A DNA stretch of 9,060 nucleotides from a virus (Duplodnaviria > Heunggongvirae > Uroviricota > Caudoviricetes), in IMG/VR virus record IMGVR_UViG_2663763232_000002, positions 1 to 9,060 of that record, one strand, 5' to 3'. Position numbers and translations under genes: made by a program. Shown here in pieces: positions 5,925 through 9,060 of this stretch. Below the pieces are notes generated by a model. It did no database searches, was not told where the DNA came from, and saw only the letters and a list, made by a program, of their open reading frames with translations. The stretch's first letter is position 1; each line of letters begins with the position of its first letter.

Positions 5925-6333
5925 AATTCCTCCATTCGCTAAGATGAATTGAGTTCATGGCACAATATGCTTCTATGTAGTCCATTATTTCGGATATTTT
6001 TTTTACAGATAGAGTCGCCGTACTCTCTCTGATGTTTATTAGCTCACCTTCTAACCCTGATATAATCTCAGGGTGCTGGTTGGTTGCAATCTGCCAACCA
6101 GAAACGAATAACCCCTTCCAAAACTCAATATTTCTTGCTTTTCCATGATATGTAGCCTTCTTACTTATTTCAGATAGCATCGCGTGAAGGCGTGCATTTT
6201 GCCGAATGCTGCGGTTGCGTTCCTGAATGGTTACTACGATTGGTTTGGTTGGGTCTGGAAGGATTTGCTGTACTGCGTGAATAGCGTTTTGCTGATGTGC
6301 TGGAGATCGAATTTCAAAGGTTAGTTTTTTCAT
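5917..6333 (-). CDS. ninB: NinB (Orf-family recombination mediator), mosaic allele
   Basis: The first ~41 residues, 'MKKLTFEIRSPAHQQNAIHAVQQILPDPTKPIVVTIQERNRS', match lambda NinB as I recall it; the remainder is homologous but divergent. GAGGGAAG Shine-Dalgarno before the ATG at 6333. Confidence 0.85.
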   Translation of the reverse strand: MKKLTFEIRSPAHQQNAIHAVQQILPDPTKPIVVTIQERNRSIRQNARLHAMLSEISKKATYHGKARNIEFWKGLFVSGWQIATNQHPEIISGLEGELINIRESTATLSVKKISEIMDYIEAYCAMNSIHLSEWRNYD

Positions 6334-6526
6334 GACTTCCCTCTCTAACAGATTTCAGGTTATTCCACTCCGTTACCGCACTGCGATAATTCGCGGCCGC
6401 CACAGCAGCGTGGTTAGCGCAGTAGATTTCGCACCCGCTCTCCATGTCAAATATTGTCGGTGATTTTCCGCATTTACATTTTTTGGCACGCGGTGCGTCT
6501 GAACACATTCCGTTAACGGTGTCCAT
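6314..6526 (-). CDS. Small Cys-rich hypothetical protein (70 aa, zinc-ribbon-like)
   Basis: Strong Shine-Dalgarno (GAGGGGGA) before the ATG at 6526. Cysteines are arranged C-x8-CxC...C-x3-C. It is the first gene after the terminator, in the position of ren in lambda. No family recognised. Confidence 0.5.
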   Translation of the reverse strand: MDTVNGMCSDAPRAKKCKCGKSPTIFDMESGCEIYCANHAAVAAANYRSAVTEWNNLKSVREGSHEKTNL

Positions 6527-6550
6527 CAGGATCCCCCTCGTTCTTAATCC

Positions 6551-6581
6551 AATAAAAAAGGGCTACTGTGTAAATAGCCCC
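6551..6581 (-). terminator. Intrinsic terminator downstream of the primase-helicase (tR2-like position)
   Basis: Minus strand reads 5'-GGGCTA-TTTACACAG-TAGCCC-TTTTTTATT-3': a 6-bp stem (7 if the flanking G:C is counted), 9-nt loop and 6-T tract, between the replication gene stop (6612) and the first nin-region gene. Confidence 0.6.
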
Positions 6582-6611
6582 TGTTATTAGCTCAGTGATG
6601 TAGATGGTCAT

Positions 6612-8492
6612 TTAATACTCCGTCACGTTTTCCTGTCGCCACGCCTCGTCATATTCCGATTTCGGCATATTGGCGATGTAGCTATAAGGCGATCCTGATT
6701 CAAGTTGCAGGAACTGGTGCGATTGCTCGTCAAGGAACAAAGGGACGCCACCTTCCCAACCTTCGCCGTTACGTTGCTTTTCAAGCATCAAAACAGATGC
6801 CGGAGATGCCAGTAGCTGTTCGTCCTTCTCTGACATCTTTTCACCACTCTGAACTCTCTGTAACGCTCTCTCGCGAGCCTTGTTACGCCAGATGATGAAA
6901 AGGTTGTCTGTCAGGTCTGTTATCGCTCCAGAGCCTTTTACGTCCATTTTCCCGGTTGGTTTTTCTTCGCTGTCACCTTTTCGCGAGTGAGTAACGAGAA
7001 TGACGTGGGAGTTTGTTTTGTTTTTGAAATCGCAAATCGAGTCAACAAACGCCTTCTGCCCGTTATAGTCATCGTCGCCTATGCCACATTTCATTAGGCT
7101 GTCGATGATGAATAACTGGATCCCGTATCGGCGGCGAGCGTAGTCGAATATTTCGATCAGCCTGTCGGCTTTCGCCGTTCCGGTCAGACCAAACACCCAA
7201 AGTCTTTCGTCATAAAATTTAAATGCAGAGTCAATTTCCAGCACTGGCGGCATCTTGCAGCACGTCGCCTGACGGGTAAGGCGCTTAAGGAGAATACCAG
7301 GCTTCAGCTCAAGTGACGCGATGCACGTCTTCACACCCTGACGCATTGCCTCAAGTGCCATATGCCCGACAACCTCCGTTTTTCCGTGACCGTTCACACC
7401 ATTGACCAGCGTCAACTCGGCCTCACGGAACTGGAATTTATCTGCCAGAGATTCCCACGGTGGATTAAACAGATACTGCTGCTTGCCGTAGAAAGCGTTG
7501 ATAGTGTCCTGGTAAAACTCTCGCGCGCTGTAGAGTTCTTCAGGATCGAAGTAGGATGCCGTGCCGATGTACTGCCAGATTTCATCCTCGGTAACACCGT
7601 TCATCAGGCATTCGTTGATGTCTTTGTACGGCAGAGTAACAAGACGGCAACGATGTTCACCGAGTCGGCTTGCGATTTCCCTTGCGGCTTCACGACCAAC
7701 ATCATCAACGTCCATCGAGATGAATATTTCCTCAAACCTGTCGAGGTTGTGATACTCAAACTCAATCCACTGTTGCTTAGCGCCTTTCCCGCCACCAAAC
7801 GGCACGGATAACGCCGAGATGCCGTATTGCGCATAGCTCATACAATCAATTTCGCCTTCGCAAAGTACAACCGCCCTCACGCCAGCGTCCAGAGCCTGCC
7901 ATCCGAACAGACAAGGTTCGCAATCACCTTCTGCCATAATGACTTTCTTCCCGTCCGGGCGCTCAGTGCTGATTCGCTTGACCTGCAACAACTCACCATC
8001 GCGTTTGTACGGAATCACCAGAGCATCCAGTTCTCGCTCTCCATTCCACACCTTGCCGCTGACAACCTCGTAGCGCTTTACGACTTCTGGCGATATGCCA
8101 CGCGATTGCAGGTACTCAAGATGGGATTCTGTTCTGGTAACGTAGCGGGCGATTTTCTTGCGATCAGGTCTGGAGAATTTCTTCTCACGTTTGGCATCGA
8201 AATGGTGATCGTCATCCTTGATACCGAGAAATGCTTTCGCTTCCTGCATAGCCTGATGCAGGTTAATTCCTCGACATGCCATCCACAAATCAAGCATGTC
8301 ACCGCCGTCCCCCTCAGCGAAATCAGCCCATTTTTTCTTGCCGCTAAGGTTGACCTTAAGGCTGTTTCCCTTGTCACCGTTGACGTTACCGGCAACCCAC
8401 TCATGCCCCTCTTTCTTGCCGTTTGGCAACAGGTGCGGAGCCACCCTGTCAACCTGCGCCCAAAGCAGGTCGCTAAGTTCACTTGGCGTCAT
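6612..8492 (-). CDS. Bifunctional DNA primase-helicase, T7 gp4-like (degenerate zinc-binding-like domain, TOPRIM primase, DnaB-family helicase)
   Basis: TOPRIM motifs 'VVLCEGEIDCMS' and 'ISMDVDDVGREAA', and 'LPYKDINECLMNG' (T7 gp4 has 'LPCKDANECHLNG'). Helicase Walker A 'NGVNGHGKT', Walker B 'LFIIDSL', and 'VKGSGAITDLTDNLFIIWRN' (T7 has '[20 protein letters not shown]'). GAGGGA Shine-Dalgarno before the ATG at 8492. Confidence 0.9.
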   Translation of the reverse strand: MTPSELSDLLWAQVDRVAPHLLPNGKKEGHEWVAGNVNGDKGNSLKVNLSGKKKWADFAEGDGGDMLDLWMACRGINLHQAMQEAKAFLGIKDDDHHFDAKREKKFSRPDRKKIARYVTRTESHLEYLQSRGISPEVVKRYEVVSGKVWNGERELDALVIPYKRDGELLQVKRISTERPDGKKVIMAEGDCEPCLFGWQALDAGVRAVVLCEGEIDCMSYAQYGISALSVPFGGGKGAKQQWIEFEYHNLDRFEEIFISMDVDDVGREAAREIASRLGEHRCRLVTLPYKDINECLMNGVTEDEIWQYIGTASYFDPEELYSAREFYQDTINAFYGKQQYLFNPPWESLADKFQFREAELTLVNGVNGHGKTEVVGHMALEAMRQGVKTCIASLELKPGILLKRLTRQATCCKMPPVLEIDSAFKFYDERLWVFGLTGTAKADRLIEIFDYARRRYGIQLFIIDSLMKCGIGDDDYNGQKAFVDSICDFKNKTNSHVILVTHSRKGDSEEKPTGKMDVKGSGAITDLTDNLFIIWRNKARERALQRVQSGEKMSEKDEQLLASPASVLMLEKQRNGEGWEGGVPLFLDEQSHQFLQLESGSPYSYIANMPKSEYDEAWRQENVTEY

Positions 8493-8542
8493 GATTCCCT
8501 CAGATTGAGATTTTTAAACCAGAAATCGACAAACGAAATACT

Positions 8543-8558
8543 TAACCAGCCGTGGTTA
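8543..8558. promoter_or_regulatory. Inverted repeat TAACCA-GCCG-TGGTTA in the intergenic region upstream of the primase-helicase
   Basis: Six-bp arms that are exact reverse complements, separated by 4 bp, about 50 nt upstream of the primase-helicase start. Flanked by three AACCAG direct repeats (8517, 8544, 8560). Candidate operator or hairpin; no functional evidence. Confidence 0.25.
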
Positions 8559-8599
8559 TAACCAGCGACCAGTAGCGATTTGATTTTTGATTTCATGGT

Positions 8600-8974
8600 T
8601 CACCTGTCGAAAAACACGTAGCCAGTTTTCGATACGGTGATTGCGGATGATGGTTTGGATTGTGGTTGAATAGTTTCTGGCTTCTCGTCGTTCCAGCGTT
8701 GACCGTTCAGGTAGCTCGATGGTAACAACCTGTCGAATCCGAACTGCTTACCATTCCTGCATGCGATGTCTTCTGCCAGCATCGTGGCAAACTCGCTTGC
8801 CGTACCCCTGGTAGTTTTACGCCATTCCCTGAACTGTGTTCTGAATGCCGAAGCTGCGTTTTTCTTCCCGGCTTTCCGCATGCCTGCACACCAGAATATT
8901 TCCTCGAATGCCTTGTCGGTTTCTTCGTGACGGTCAGGAGTTTTTTCACACTCTGTTCGGACATGTTCGAACAT
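8600..8974 (-). CDS. Hypothetical replication-module protein (initiator-like?), probably 5'-truncated by the window edge
   Basis: The 124-aa ORF from ATG 8974 has no Shine-Dalgarno, and the same frame stays open upstream to the window end at 9060, so the real start is likely outside the window. Located immediately upstream of the primase-helicase. No family recognised. Confidence 0.5.
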   Translation of the reverse strand: MFEHVRTECEKTPDRHEETDKAFEEIFWCAGMRKAGKKNAASAFRTQFREWRKTTRGTASEFATMLAEDIACRNGKQFGFDRLLPSSYLNGQRWNDEKPETIQPQSKPSSAITVSKTGYVFFDR

Positions 8975-9021
8975 AATGTTTTTAGGTTCATTGACTGGTT
9001 CAAAAGAGTGATAGGTTCTGG

Positions 9022-9060
9022 GGGCAGCTCCTGCCCCACCCCCTAGGGCAGCTCCTGCCC
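9022..9060. repeat. Tandem palindromic iteron-like repeats (candidate replication origin or operator array), truncated by the window end
   Basis: The 15-bp unit GGGCAGCTCCTGCCC (arms GGGCAG/CTGCCC, 3-bp centre) occurs at 9022-9036 and 9046-9060 with a 24-bp period. The window ends inside the array. Confidence 0.5.

Noticed and set aside
7827-8561. 244-aa plus-strand ORF, plus the smaller internal ORFs 7362..7811(+), 7412..7597(-), 7561..7752(+), 7604..7834(-) and 8078..8482(-)
   Set aside because: All lie inside or antisense to the primase-helicase gene, which has clear family motifs along its full length. No independent support.
8707-9039. 110-aa minus-strand ORF overlapping the initiator-like ORF in another frame
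   Set aside because: The product is low-complexity (Ser/Arg/Lys-rich) and overlaps a better-looking frame; considered spurious.
1-9060. CRISPR arrays, insertion sequences, integrase or attachment sites
   Set aside because: No spaced direct-repeat array, no transposase or integrase-like ORF and no terminal inverted repeats were seen. The only repeats are the short palindromes reported above.

Overview
This window reads as the replication / nin / late-control / lysis segment of a lambdoid enterobacterial prophage, with every supported gene on the minus strand (transcription runs from high to low coordinates). From right to left: an initiator-like ORF that probably begins outside the window and sits beside palindromic iteron-like repeats (9022-9060); a T7 gp4-like primase-helicase (6612-8492); an intrinsic terminator; a tightly overlapping nin-type operon (Cys-rich small ORF, ninB, an HNH homing endonuclease, a phage Dam-type N6-adenine methyltransferase, ninE, ninF, an unknown 89-aa ORF, a YbcO/DUF1364-like protein, rusA, ninH); antiterminator Q; a pR'/tR'-like leader; two tandem tRNA genes (Asn-GUU, Thr-UGU); the S-R-Rz/Rz1 lysis cassette; a terminator; and a Rha-family regulator plus a small unknown ORF. 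The most notable observations are an AT-rich homing-endonuclease island recombined into the ninB-dam junction, a primase-helicase whose zinc-binding-like N-terminus lacks the Cys ligands, a candidate replication origin cut by the window edge, and late-operon tRNAs with non-canonical stems. All protein identifications rest on reading the supplied translations against remembered family signatures; no database search was run.
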